NCBI GenBank assembly: GCA_050273025.1
Contig: CP158635.1
Span: forward strand, 8,494,001-8,558,000
Direction of reading: 5' to 3'
DNA from: Cenococcum geophilum
Taxonomy: Eukaryota
DNA length: 64,000 bases
Positions 33,629-48,700 of the stretch are shown here, piece by piece; positions within the stretch are counted from its first letter, which is position 1; every line of letters starts with the position of its first letter. The notes under the pieces are model-generated. The model saw only the letters and a list, made by a program, of their open reading frames with translations. It ran no database searches and was not told where the DNA came from. A program made the translations under genes and the position numbers.

Positions 33629-36600
33629 TATAAGGGGATCTTATGGGTAGGGGGCTATAAGGACACGATTGGAATAGGATAAATTAGTAAGAGAGACAAA
33701 TCCTTAAGGAGGTAAGGCCTCTAGGATTGTAGAGACTATATACTACGGGCACGTGCCTCCGGCACGTGACCGGCGACTATCTAAGGGGCGTCCGGGGGTT
33801 GTCCTAAGGGCAACCTAAGGTGTCCGCAATAATATCCCTTATATTGCCCCCCCCCTTCTTGCAGTCGGCCCCCGATCGCTATTACCTTACGGTAAGGAGA
33901 TTATAAGGGCTCGTCCTAGAAGAGGTTCAGAAAGATATTAGAGAGGTGTTAGTATGCCGCTATATATTATCTATCTATCTAACCCCTGCTTTAAACTCCT
34001 GAAAAACCTTAATAAGGAAAAAATATAACTAGAGAAAAGACGCGAGGATTACTAGGAGACCTATTAGAAGCCTACTGGAAGCATACTAGTAACTACCTAG
34101 GCTAATATAGGGATTTTTATATAACTCTGCTTCTAAGCCTTTATACTAGTCTATAATTAATTATAAGTATTATAGGCAATTTAGTGTTCTAGTATAGTTC
34201 CGTAGAACCTTTTAGTATAGGATTTAATATATAGAGCCTTAGCTTACCGTTATCTTTAACTGCTAAGATATAGTCTATAATTCTTTCTTATAATCCTTTT
34301 CTTATAATCCTCTACGTTACTAACGTATTACTCCCGTATTTGCCCTTAGGCTATTAGATACGGTTAAGGTATTAATTAGTTAGTTAAAGAGACTTATCTC
34401 TTAAGATTTAGTATATATGCTTTTAAATCTAGTAGTCCTATGCTGTATATTTGGCGTAGCTCTACTGCCTAGCAAATAGGGACATTTTACAATAGCAATT
34501 GTAGCTATTATACGATTGTTAAGAACGTCTATAACGTTGTTCTTTAATACTATAGTATCATTTTAGGTCTAATTTAACCTATATACGTCTTTGATTTAAC
34601 GTCTTAATTGCCTTCCCCTAGCCGCGTAGTTAGTTTTTATAAGGAAGTAATAGTCAAATAACTTATACGCGTGTTTTCTTCCTTTTAAATAGCGCTATTG
34701 TAACGGAGTTATATTAGTAAGGTTACGGCTATTTACTAAAAGGGTAATGGACGGTAAAGTATAAAGATACTTTGCTTATTAAGCTTAATCCTTTTCCTTA
34801 GCACCTTACTTCCCATTATTAACCTTTGTCTAATTTAGACGTATCTTTAATATATTATTAAGATTTTCTTCTTTTTCATTATTAATTTAATATACCTCTT
34901 TGTTCTCCTACTAACTGCTCTTTTAAGTAAATTCTATAGCGTATCCTAGCCCTACCTTTGCATATAGAACCCTAACCCCCACTAACCCGTAACTAGTGCT
35001 AGTCCTACCTAAATAATTTTACCTATACGTCTTTAAAAGACTAGAAATCTAATAATAGGATTCTGGAGGCTTGTAATAAGACGCACTATATTAGATCTAA
35101 TACCTTTAGTCCTTATAATTAATGCATGCGTACTAAAAGCGGTAGTTATATTAAGGTGGGTTTTCTATTCTTAATAGATTTCTATTGCTAACTTTAAGCT
35201 TTAATAGCCTAGGCCTAAGTGGCGACGTTCCTTTAATGTCCTTAACTACTATATTACCCGGGCTCTCTCTTATTCTAGCGTAAATACTAAATAACTTAGC
35301 CGAATTTGAGACTATACTACGGCCATCTATACTACCTATAATTCCTAGTAAGCCAGCTAGTAACGCCTAATACGAGAGCAAGGTTAGTATACTGAGGATA
35401 GGGTGCGTAATAGGGGTAATAAGAAGAAGGTTGCTGTCTACTATAGGAAGGAGTTTACGCATATACGTTAAGTTTTGAAAGAGCATAATATAATAAGGTA
35501 TTAGGTAGGTTACCCTTCGGGTACCTAGCGGATAGGTAACTAATAGTTGCTGTAGTAAGGTCTTAGTGGTTCTAGATTATACTAGCTAGCTAACGTCTCT
35601 GTTTATTCTAGGCTTAAATATATCTTTATTAACTATAAGCTTACGCCGCAAGAGCTTCGTTGGTATTGGTTTAGACTTAATATTAGTATTAAGCGTTTAA
35701 GAGTCTCTACTCTAGCTACACCTCATTATCCTACCCCTGTTTTTATGCCTACTTATACGCCTACTAAGGCATCTAGATCCCATTCTTATTAGCCATTACT
35801 TAGTGGCCTAATAGATACTAATCCTACTCCTAATAATAATAAGGCGTAGTGGCTTTTCAGATTAGGTATTTATAGTTTAGACTTTTAGGATTCGTTTTTG
35901 TATATAGTAGCAATTAAGGACCTCGATTAGGTGCTTAGGAAGGCCTTAAAAGGCTTTTAAGAAGGGCTTAGAAGCCCTAGGAACAATGTTCCTAGTATAG
36001 ATTAATAAATAGGAATACAATTCTAGTAAAATGCCCTATTGACTCTATGCTATATACGTAAAAAGGCTAAGGACCTGTCCTACCTTAGGCTATAGCCCTA
36101 TCCCTATGGTTTCCGGAGCCTGTCCGTTCCATATCCGATTTAACCTATTTACTCTTTTCGCGAGCTTTCTTTATAGGTCGCGATAATACCGTAGTATTAA
36201 AGCGCTTTCTATAACTTATAGATTGTGGACCTTAGTCCCAATATTCTTTTAGAATATCTTTATAATAATTAAGGTGATCCTCTAGTTCCTATATAGAGTC
36301 CTTAGCGGGCTAGCCTAGCTATTTAACTTTAAATTAAAGCTTATTCTTAATAGACTTATAGTATAGTATAGCTTTAACCTTATACCGCTTGCCTACTACC
36401 TTAGGGTGTTTAATTAGGCCTAAACGGAAGTTCTTTTCTAGTAGTAGTCTATACTATAGCTCTAGTAGGTTTATGTGAAACACTAGATATATATAGGCCA
36501 TAAATAGGGGTAGCTAAAGACAATAGGCTAGCTTATTAATTCATTCCTTGACTTAAAAGGGACCTAAGTATCTTATATTGAGCTTCTTTGATAGTTAACG

Positions 36601-39600
36601 GGTTTTAATATTTGTTAAATATAATAGAACCTCATCGCCTACTCCGAAATGCTTGTTCTGGTACTTATAGTTATACTAAAGTCTTTATTACTCTTAGGCA
36701 TCTTATAGGCTCTGCTTCGCATACTTCTATTACTCCTCCCATTTCTAGAGGTATCCTTATACTCTTTAGTGGATGTCCTTTAACTTCCTAATAGGATCCT
36801 ATAACTAATTATACGGCCTTAGCCAGTAATTATTAGGTATACTATTAAACCTAAATAGTTAAACGCTATACGTAATCTGGATTAGTGCATACTTATATAA
36901 TATATATTACTTTAAATTATAAGCGTACTCCGTATATAGAAGTAGCTTACACTAGTTATCTTGCTAGTAGTTTAAATACATTTATAGGTAAGACTCCAGT
37001 TCCTAGTTCTAGCGTTCCATTTACCTATCTATCTATAGGTAGAAAGCCGTACTATACTAGTGGTCTATCTTTAAATAAAAGCATAGGTCCGACCAGTATT
37101 AACTTATAAAGATGCTGCCCCTATCAGTAATAATAGAGTATAGCTAATCTACTTTAAGAAAGCATTTCTCCTTAATTAGGTTGGTGAGCTCTTATATATT
37201 AATTGTTTTATTAATAGAAAGGTATTAGACGTACTTTAAAAACCTATTAATAAGTACAAGGACTAAATTGTATATTTATCCTTAGCTATCTTTAGATGGC
37301 GGGAGATCCGTAATAAAGTCTATAGCGTAATATTACTATAGCTTACTAGCGGGGGGAACTGATTTAAGTAGACCCTATAGCTTATACCTACGGATCTTAT
37401 ATACTTAATACTTCTCGCAATAGCTAATATACTTCTTTACTTCCTAATTAAGCCTTAGCCAATAGTATTTGCGCTAAAGTAATTCCACTATTTTTACTTA
37501 ACTATAGTGGCCGCCTAGGGGATTATCGTAATTCTTTATAAGAATCTTCTATCGTAGATTTGCTTCTTATGGCACCTAAACCTTACTACCTTTATATAGT
37601 AGGCCCATCGGGTCTAGTTCCTAATGGTAGCGCCTAGTAGCTTCCTTTCTATTACATTTCCAGTCTACTTTTGCATTAAGGATGGCATAGGAAGCGTCCC
37701 TCCATTATACCTTACAAATAAGATTTATTAAACTTTTAGATAGTTCCTGGGTAAAAGCTATTTTGTCCTATACTACTCTAAGTATAAGACTAGATAGTAT
37801 TATAGATCTTATACCTCTTTAATACGCGTACGTTAGGAAGGCCGCTACGAGGTTAAAGTCCTTTAGTTATTATAGGGCTCTGAGTTCCAATTGCTCTATA
37901 GCTTTGCTATTTATTTAAGGGGATAGCTTAGCAATTAGAGATAGTATATTACTAGGTTCCGAGAATATATTAGGGACGTCCTATTTAGGTATATTCGGAC
38001 CCTTATTAGTAACGGACTGGGTACTAGCTAGAATATTAGTAGAAACCAATAGGGCTTATACTACCTAAGACTTAGTATATAGAGCTATAGGTGCTTAAAC
38101 ATCCTACACCCGGAGCTTATTCTATAATATAGGGAGTAAAATATCTATTATCTGTTTTCCTTCTCCTGTTTTAAAGCCTTTAGTATAGTTTAGCCGTCAT
38201 AATAGTTTATTGGCAGGGTTGTTTTCCCCTAGCTTATATTTAATCTTAAAATTAAATCGCATAAGCTTCTCTACCTATTTAGCTTATTAAGGTATAAGCT
38301 CCTTTATAGTTATAAAGTAGCGTAGATTATAGTAATCTAAGAGTATACGAGTGGTATAGCTCGCGTGCTTAAGGTAGTATCGCCACTATTTAAAGCAGTT
38401 AACTATAGCTAGCAGTTCCTTATCGTGGGTATAATACCTAACTTTAGGTCCCTGGAATTTTCTATTATAAAATACTATTAGTCTCTAATGGAGCTAGGTA
38501 GCGTCTAGATGCCTATTAGGTTATAGTAGGATACTAGTAAGGGTAAAATTTAATATATTAGTAATTATTATTAATAGCTAATCTAGGTTAAAATGCCGCA
38601 GTAATAAAGCTTCCGTAAACTTTATATAAAGTTCCTAGAAGGCCTTCTAAACCTTTCCAGGCTATAACCATAGCTTATACTATTTAGTTAGTCCCTTTTT
38701 AGTTTTCTTCCTTACCGCCTTTAAGCTTTTTACTCCTTAGGTTAGGTCTTAGGAAGCTTCCGTAATATAGTTAGATAGGTATTAGGCGACGTCTAAGTAG
38801 TTATAAATAAAGCGCCTATAGAAATTGGCAAAGCCTAGGAATACTTAAACATCCTAGTAGCTCTTTAGCTCCGGCTACTCCTAGATTATTTACACCCTTA
38901 CTAGGTCTATAATTATACCTATAAGCGTTATAATATACCCTAAAAACTCGACCTGCTTAGTATTAAAGATATACTTTAACGCCTTAGCGTAGAGGCCCTA
39001 ATTATCTAAACGTTCCAGTACTTTACGGACGTGTTACTCGTGTTAATCCTTGTCTTCTAAGTAAATTAAGATGTTATCTAAATAGATAACGTATATACGG
39101 TTAACTAGTCCCCCTAAGGCTTTATAAATATATAATTAGAATATTATAGGCGTATTAGCTAGCCCAAAAGGCATTACTAGATATTTAAAGTGGCTATATT
39201 AGGTCTTAAAAGCGGTCTTTTACTTATCCCCTTCTTTAATACGGAGCTTATAATAGGCGTCTTATAGATTTAACTTTATAAAGATCTTCGCCCTAGATAG
39301 TTAATCTAGCATTTTACTAACTAGTAGTAGTAGGTAATAGTTCTTAATTATAATCTTATTAAGACCGCAATAGTTTACGCATAGCCTTATAGTTTTATCT
39401 GGTTTTAGGATAAAGAGGATTAGCGCGCCTAATAGTGATTTACTAGGCCAGATCCATCCCTTTTTTAGTAAGCTATTAAAGTACTCCTATAGGATCTTAA
39501 GCTCTTTATATAAGAGGTTGTAGATAGAAAGGTTTAGCGGTTACTTGCCTTCTTTTAGATTAATTATATAATTATACTCCAAGTTCTGCGGTAGGACTTT

Positions 39601-42542
39601 AGCTCTCCTACCCAAAAATACCCTTAATAAGTCCTTTAGGCCTACTAGAATATTTAATAAATTAAGGTCGCGTTTATCCTTTATATTATTATTAGGTAGA
39701 TTCTAAAGCTCCCTTAAGATACTTACGGGCAGCGTTATACGCTATAGTAGTTGCTTATACATAGTTGCCACTATATATTAAACCGTTTTATGCGGTAGCT
39801 AGTAAAGGGTAGGGAACTCCTTAACGCAGCATTTAAGGTGCCGTAGTATACTCTCTATATATTGCTTAAGCCAGAGTAACCTATAGCGGTTAAAGTATCT
39901 TATAAGATCCTTAAGATCGCCGCCTCCCTATAATATCTCTGTAACCTATCCGGTAGTTCCCTATAAGGTTTCCGTTATAGAGGGGTTATTACCTATACTA
40001 GGCTCTATACCCATCTTGCTATTAAATAGGGGTTAGATCTAATACTTCTTTAGGTATAAAGCGTATACTATTTCGCCTAAGGCTATATTCTCTAAGATGT
40101 CCTTTAGGCTTATTAGTAATATACGCCCTTTTAAATCTTTATTATTCTACTATTTAAAGGCTCTAGTTTTAAAGCGTATTTTAAAATCTACTTCCGCAAG
40201 CTAAGGGTATTTAAGGATAAAGTCGTAACCTATAAAGTTAGCCGCTTAGAAGGGTTACGGGCTAACTACCTTAGTGCGGTTATATATATTGGTTACTAAT
40301 ATTATAAGCTTATAGGTACTATATAGCTTAATCTAATGCTTATCTAGGAAGCCTATAATAGGTTTCCGCCACCTTTATAATAGGATAAGTTTATACTCTT
40401 TTACTAAATTATATTATATAAGATTAATTTCGGCGCCGCTATTATATAGTGCTTAGAACTATCGTACCTTACCTATAGGGAGTATTATTTCTAGCTTAAT
40501 AGTAATATAAAGAGTCTCTCCTTTTATATCTTGCCCTAGTTATAGTTAGGAAAGGTCCATAACTAGGGCTTTTCTTTTTTTAAATTATTAGTACGGTTGT
40601 TGCCCTACTTATTTTTTTAATAGAATTTACCTCTAGAGTTTTCTCTTAACTTCTTAGAGTGTTTTCGTAAAGGTGTTAGACGGGTATTAGGTTAACCCTA
40701 GAAGTCTTTTCCATTATTTAAGGTTCCTAACTTTAACCCTTTTAAAGTTCTCTTTAAGAACAGCTTCTTTAAAGGTTAGGTCTGCCCTATATTACTACTA
40801 AAGTACCCGCACCTCTAGTAACCCCCTAGCTTCCTATTAAAAGAGGTCTAGTTCTTTACTGCATCCTTAGCGTTTAGAACCGCTCGTTTAAAATCCGTAT
40901 ATGCGGTAATCCGTAGTAGGGCTCCTACGCGCTTTATTTCGTCACAAATTACTAGCTTAATTCTAGCCTAGATAAATCCGATCTTCTCCTTCTTATAAAC
41001 GCTGCCGTCCTTATTTTTAAAGGGCTTTAAATCCATCTATTAAGCATAAGTTTTTATAAAGTTTATAAACTAGCGGAAGTCTTAACAGTCTAGCTATATA
41101 CTATTCTAGAATTGTTCTATATTGTTATATTATATAATATATAGATTTTAGGTCTAACCCTTTAGGAAGGTCTATAGCTATAGCTATGTTATAATTTGCT
41201 CTTTATTAAGTTAATTAAGCGCGATCTAGTTTAGTAATTGGTCTTTAATCTTACTAATAATCTAGCGTATACGCTCTTTAGTATTATCTTATATTATTAG
41301 CATTTTAAAGAAGTTGTCTACCTCGTAAACCTAATCGTCTAGCTATTAGGCGTTAGGTTTATAACGAAGTTCTAAACTACTAAAGGCCTTAGCTAGTCAG
41401 TCTATATCCTTTTTCCGTTTATTATATAAGTGCCTCTTTAAGTCTTCTATACCTCCTTAGGTAGGTACTAAATAGCCCCTAGGAAGCCCTTAGCCTTAAC
41501 TAGGTTATAAAAAAATTTGCTTAGCTTAGATTAAACCCTACTAGATATAAATTTGCCCTTAAAGGGTTCTAATATATTTATTAGTAGCTTCCTCCCGCAT
41601 AGCTTCCAAGAGCCTTATAATAGCTTCCTAATATCCGTCTTAAAGGAGATTAGTATAGGGCTCTTAACCTTCCGAACTTGGGCCTAAAGAAGCTCCTACT
41701 ATAGAGGTAGTATTAGCACTAGTAGCTAGTGCGGGTTTCCTAATAAGCCTTAGGTCTTAAGTTAGTGTTTAGGTTTAGTTTTCTAAAGGGGTAGGCCTAC
41801 TTAGCTTGTAAGCAGTCTATATACTACTACTATACTAATTATAGGCCGGTGGTCTTCCGGGAGGGTTCTAGTTGGGTCCCTAGTCGGACGTATTAGTGTA
41901 TTCCTCTAGCATTTCTAGCTTAGGGGAAGATCTTAGGGTTACCTCTAGCACTTAATCTTCTAATTAGCCTAGGTAGGGCTAAAGGGGTTCCAGTTACTTT
42001 CTGGTAGCATTATAACTATTATAAAGGGTATCTGCGTTTTCCTTAGCGGTAACCGTAGGTATATGAGAGTCTTTAAGCTCCTGGAGCATCTAGGTATTAG
42101 GGCTTATTCGGCCGTCTTACCTAGAGGGTTATATTGTCGTAATCTCTTACTATTAGAGGGACCTTCCTGCCTTTACGCGACGGCTTTCTATAAGGTATCT
42201 ATAGAGTTTCCATTTAGGTTATCGCGAGATTTTAAGAGAGAATGGTAGTTATAAATAAAAGATATAAATAAATAATCTAGTCCTTAAAGCCGACTGCCCT
42301 TCTAAAAAAGAGTAGGAAGGATTTAAATATAAGGGGATCTTATAGACAGGGGGCTATAAGGACACGATTGGAATAGGATAGATTAGTAAGAGAGACGAAT
42401 CCTTAAGGAGGTAAGGCCTCTAGGATTATGGAGACTATATACTACGGGTACGTGCCTTTGGTACGTAACCGGCGACCATCTAAGGGGCGTCCGGGGGTTG
42501 TTCTAAGGGCAACCTAAGGTGTCCGCAATAATATCCCTTACA
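33629..42542 (-). mobile_element. Full-length RIPped Ty3/gypsy chromovirus, copy 1
   Basis: 215-bp LTRs 33629-33843 and 42328-42542; TSD ACTAT; PPT after 33843. RT VIYLDDILIY (~39060-39090). Chromodomain YEVEAIL..KVKWLGW..EDSTWEP (~36240-36385). PBS resembles the LTR-internal CGAATCCTT (self-priming type). Confidence 0.93.
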
Positions 42543-43949
42543 ACTATAGAGATTATAAGGGCTACAGAGATTACAAGAATTAGCATTATTAAGGTCTTTA
42601 CCTTTATCGCTATTTAAAGATTTGCTATCTAAAGGAACCTTATATATAGTGTTTAGGTTACTATAAGAGGTAAATTAGTAGATAAGACGCTAAAATAGTA
42701 TAATTAATATATACAATTTAATAGCTATCTTAAGCTTTATATTTATATTAGCAGCCTTTTTAGCCTACTTTTTAAGAAATAAAGATAAACGAGCCTTATT
42801 AAGCCTCTTCTTAAAAGTATTAGGCGGTGGTAGTAGAAAGGCGGATAGTAAAGTAGCCTATAGCAAAGATGTAGGTAGCGGAAAGGTATCCAGTAAAAAG
42901 GTAAGCAGGTTTTTAGCGGATTTCACTTTATCCTTATTATTGTTGTCTACCAAACCTTATAAAGAGCGCTTTAGTATATATTTCCTAAAATTATATTAGC
43001 TATAGGTATAATTTAGTATTAGAAAGCTTACTCTCTAGGTAGAGATTCTAAAGGATTAGTAAAATAAAGAGCGTCCTTAAAAGCGTCCTTAATCATTTTA
43101 TTATTAATATCGCGCGTATTAAGTTCCTTAACTAAATAGCTATTAGACGTATTTAGAGGTATAAAAAAAGGCATTATAGATAGTAGTATACTAATTAATA
43201 GTAGATAAAACAATAATAATAAAGTTTATAGTGCGTTATTATAAGGTACAGAGGTTAATTAAAGGTAAATATCCACACTATAGATTTTATTGAATTAGCT
43301 TACTAACAAGTAATTACTATTATAGTGACTTACCTTAGTAAATATCAACTACCTTATATACATTTATTTGTAACGCGTAAATCCTTTATAGTTAAGTTAC
43401 TACTAATTAAAGTAAGTAGGCGCCGTCTAGTTAACTTACGAAATAATATTAATATAGAATTACCGCTTAGCTAAGGTGCTAGAGAAGGGTTATAAGCGGA
43501 TATTAGGTTTACTTAGTAAACGAATTTCTCCCTTTTAAAGTGCGTAGATACGTCCTTTTATTTTCTCTTACTGCGAGGCGGATCTAATATTGGCTAAAAG
43601 GCTTAAGGTATAGTAGTCTAAGAAGAACGGATAATATCTAATTAAGAGGATTATAAGATACTTAAACTAAATGGCTAATATAGTATAAGTTCTACGGGTT
43701 TTAGAAGCTTTAGGTATAAACCTTAGTATCCCTCTAAATAAGAATCTAGTAAACTATTTAAATGCGTATATAGATATTAATTAGAGCTCTACCCTAGTCT
43801 TAATTAAGTTAATAAATAAGTAGAACGCTAAGGAATATTAAATACTAACCTATTAAAGTTGCGTTATATCTAAACCGAGGGCGGAAATTAAGCACTAGGC
43901 TATAGGTTCTAAGCTACGCTTAGTTTAGAAAGCGGGCCGCATCTAATTT

Positions 43950-44400
43950 AGAAGGTAGGGATTAAGTATTAGTACGCGAATTCTAAACTGTACCTAGTTT
44001 AGAGGGCGGAGATTAAGTATTAGCCTATAAACCCTAAGCCTTAAAATTCCCTAGGAGCGGAGATCTAGTATTATAACTTAAATTCTAAGCCTTAGGATTT
44101 TCTAGGAGCGGAGATTTAATACTACGTTACAAATTCTAAATTTCCGGATTTCCTACTACTTAGGAACTAGTACTATGCCGCAGATATTAAACTTTGGAAT
44201 TTTTCGTAGTTAGAGATCTAGTACTATATTCTGAATATTAAACCTTAGGCTTATCTAAAAGTTAAGACTTAGTATTATACTATAAGCTCTAACACTTAGG
44301 CTGCCCTAAGGATTTAGATTTAATACTGCGCTATAAGCTTTAATATCTAGATTACTCTAGGGGCTAAGACCTAATACTGCGCTATAAGCTCTAATATCTA
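43950..44400. repeat. Degenerate ~51-bp (17-codon) tandem repeat, ~9 units
   Basis: CGGAGAT/GATTTAATACT-like anchors recur every ~50-51 bp (44008, 44058, 44109...). Confidence 0.65.
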
Positions 44401-45711
44401 GCACTTTAGCTGCGGCCTATTTATACTTATATTGCTACTACTATTAGTAAATAGACATATCTGCGTCTTTTTTAAAGTTATACTACTAGCTAGTGCAGTA
44501 CTAGAGGGGAGGATTGGCTAAATAAACTGGCTTAGAGTTATATTAGCACTAGCTATATAAGTAAAGGTAGTACTTTTTACTTAAGTAGAGTGGCGGGAAG
44601 TACTAGATTTACTTCTAGTTAATTTTACTAGCTAAAAGGGAGCTAACTCTATAGTAGCTAATATATTGGCCTATAGGTCTACGCATTAGAATAAGCTTCC
44701 TAACTATATTAGCGAGCCACCAGGCAAAGTATGCGGTTATTAAGCATTAATATATAATTAATCGGACGAACTATTTAAAAGCCGCTATAAGCGACGAGCC
44801 TAGGTTAATAGATAAGCTACTAAACTACTATACTAACCCTATAGATATCCGTCTACACCCGCCGTATAGGCTAATTCCCTTCTAGTATCCTACTACTAAG
44901 ATAGTGTAGAGGGTGCTATTATGCAGCAGTTTGCTATCACCGTTAACACTAAATTACCGCAGATTGCTGCCGACGATAGACTATTACTAGTAGGACTATT
45001 AACAAGACCACGTTAATTTGTAATAACTATATATGGAGATCGCTATAGAGATTAAACATCACGCTATGGATTAGCGCTACCTATATTTAAGCTAATAATA
45101 CTATTAGACTTCTGCTATAAAGCTTAAAGGCTATACTATAGACTAATACCTAGGTCGTTCTAAGATATAAACTAAAGTAGCGAAGAATCGTAAGGAGCTA
45201 TATTAAGAAGCTATTAAGAATAATAGAGGCGCTATAGAGAGTTATTAGGATGCCGAAGGCCAAGTTAAGGGTACTACGGATATATACTAGACAATTTTTA
45301 AGCGGGCAGCCGTATATCTAGAGTATACGAATATTAAATATCTAGTTGTTAAAATGGCTGCAATAGAGTAGCATACTTAGTCTAGGACCAGTTTGCCTAT
45401 AAGTCTTAGGTTAATACAAGCTAAAATATTTAAGATTCGGTTATATCCGTTTGCGAGCTAGATGCTAATAATAGCTATAAGGGCGGTAATACTTTGGTCT
45501 GTATCGATTAATTAAAGCTAGCACTCCTTATAGTTAATATACTAATAGGTCCCTATTGACCTACTAATAGTAAAGGCGTCTATAACGAACTTCTAGATAC
45601 AGTAACACGTCTACTAGATTGCGACGCAACCTATAAGACGCTAGTACTAAAGTATTGCGTTTCTTCCTTATAAATAAAGCGGATAAGCCCCTTCTACTAG
45701 CCCTATAAAGT

Positions 45712-48700
45712 GGAAGGACTATATAATAGATAATAAATGGGAATGGCTAGAACTAGAGAAAATAGAAGTTAAATAAGTAATTTTCTCTAGCTTTAATAAA
45801 AAGGCTCTAGGACCAGATAGGATATCTTTTACAATTTTATAAAAGGCCTACCCTATTATAGAAGATCTTCTATATAGAATCTATAGGATTTTGTTTATCC
45901 TAGGCTATCAGCTAAAGGTCTAGAGAGAAGCTTAAGGGGTTATTTTTCCTAAAGTAAATAAGGAGGACTATTCTTTACTAAAGTTATATAGACCTATCTC
46001 CTTACTAAACTACCTAGGAAAGACTCTAGGAAAGATCTTTACTACTAGATTAGAATATCTAGTTAGTACTACTAGCTTACTTTAAGATTTTTAACTAGGA
46101 GGAAGAAGACAGCGGTCCGTAATAGACGCAGTCTTACTACTTCTAAATAATATCTAATCTAAAAATAGTAGGAAAAAGGCAAGATAAAGGATAGCTACTA
46201 CGTTATTTCTAGACGTAAAAGGGGCTTTTAACCATGTCTCTAAAAACTAGCTTTTATCTATCTATAAGGAACTAAGACTACCTATAGCGTTTATATAATA
46301 GGTAGCTACTTTCCTTAGCAATAGAAAGCCACAGCTCTCCTTTAATAGGCAAATATAAAAAAAAGTAGAACTAGAAACGGGGATACTATAGGGATCGCCT
46401 ATATCCCCTATTTTATTTCTACTATATATACGTAATATCTACGGCATACAGACAGAAGGAGCTTATTCTCTTAGCTGCATAGACAATTTTGCAATTATAG
46501 TTACTTTAAATTTAGCTAAATCTAATTATAAAAAGCTAGAGAGAGTAGCGCTAGAGCTAATATCTAAAGCTAAAGAAGTTACTATTAGTTTTAACGTTAG
46601 CAAAACAGAGCTTATATCCTTCTATAGTAAACGCACTACTATAAAAGAAGGGTTAAAGCTAGGAGACATAGAAATATCCCCTAAACCCCTAGTTAGGTAG
46701 TTAGGGGTATTTCTAAACTTTAAGCTTACTTTTAAACAATATATAGAAATATAAATCTCTAAAGCAAAGGCAGCCTTCTATTTAATTAGAAGACTAGGTA
46801 ATATATAAAAAGGTCTATCTCTATAAGCCCTACGACAGCTCTATATAGCTTGCGTTACCACTATAGCAGACTATAGAGTATAATGCTGGTGGAAAAGCAA
46901 ATCTAGAGATTACCTACTAGATAGGTACCAATCTCTATAAAAAAGGCCCTAAAACTAGTTCTAGGAGCGTTTAGAGGATCTCCTAGCCAAGCTATAGAGA
47001 TTAAAGCCTCTATTCCTCCTCCTAGAATTAAAATTAAAAAGCTTTGCAATAGCTACGCATTAAAAATTCTAAAATTTAAGGAAAACCATGCAATTAAGAA
47101 GGTCTATATAGAAGAGGTTAATAAAAATAGAGACAAATTAGCAGCTAGTTCTAGCTCTAGTTCTAGCCCTAAAAACTCTACTATAAAGTACCTCTTACAG
47201 CTAAAGACATAGCTACTATCTCTAGCCTCTAAAGTTCAGCAGCTAATTTAAAACTAGAAAATAGAGAAAATCTCTCTAAATTAGTAAAAACCGTGGTCTC
47301 CTCCTATTCCTGCATCCTTTTCTATCTTAAGAGGTAGTAAGAAGGAAGCTATATAAGAACATTTAAGACTAGTAGAAAATCTATAAGAATTCCTAGAGTG
47401 GGACTTAGTAGATATATACTATATAGATAGTTTTAAAGACAATAAGTTAAATATAGCTACCGTATATAAAATAGGGGAGAGAAATAGGATTAAATATATA
47501 ATAAACTGGAATCTAGGACCCTATATAGAAATTATAAACGTAGAGATCTATACAGTTTATAGGGCCCTAGAATACCTAAAATAATAAAAACCAAAAGAGA
47601 AATAAGTCTATATCTTTATAGATAGCCAAGCGGCCATTAAGGGATTATAGCTTAGTTCTCTTATAGGGGGGCAAGAACTAGTCTTTAAAATTACGCAAAG
47701 CTATTCCTATTTAGCTAGTAAGGGGATCTCTATTAACTTTTATTGGGTTTCTAGCCACCTAGAAATCTATAGGAACAAAATAGTAAATAAGCTAGTGTAA
47801 GGGGATCTTGTAAACAGGGGGCTATAAGGACACGATTGGAACAGGATAGATTAGTAAAAGAGACGAATCCTTGAGGAGGTAAGGCCTCTGGGATTGTAGA
47901 GACTATATACTACGGGTACGTGCCTCTAGCACGTAACCGGCGACTATCTGAGGGGCGTCCGGGGGTTGTCCTAAGGGCAACCTAAGGTGTCCGCAATAAT
48001 ATCCCTTACATTACCCCCCCCCCTTCTTGCGGTCGGCCCCCAATCGTTATTACCTTACGGTAAGGAGATTATAAGGGCTTATCCCAGAAGAGGTTTGGAG
48101 AGATATTAGAGAGGTGTTGGTATACCACTATATATTATCTATCTATCTAACCCCTACTTTAAACTCCTAAAAAACCTTAATAAGGGAAAAACATAACTAG
48201 AGAAAAGACGTAAGGATTACTAGGAGACCTATTAAAAGTCTACTGGAAGTATGCTGGTAACTACCTAGGCTAATATAGGGATTTTTATATAACTCTGCTT
48301 CTAAGCCTTTATACCGGTCTATAATTAATTATAAGTATTATAGGTAATTTAGTGTTCTAGTATAGTTCCGTAGAACCTTTTGGTATAGGATTTAACGTAT
48401 AGAGCCTTAGCTTGCCGTTGTCTTTAACTACTAAGATATAGTCTATAATTCTTTCTTATAATCCTTTTCTTATAATCCTCTGCGTCACTAATATATTACT
48501 CCCGTATTTACCCTTAGGCTATTAGATGCGGTTAAGGTATTAATTAGTTAGTTAAAGAGACTTGTCTCTTAAGATTTGGTATATATACTTTTAAATCTAG
48601 TAGTCCTATGCTGTATATTTGGTGTAGCTCTACTACCTAGTAAATAGGGATATTTCGCGATAGTAATTATAGCTATTGTACGATTGTTAAGAACGTCTAT

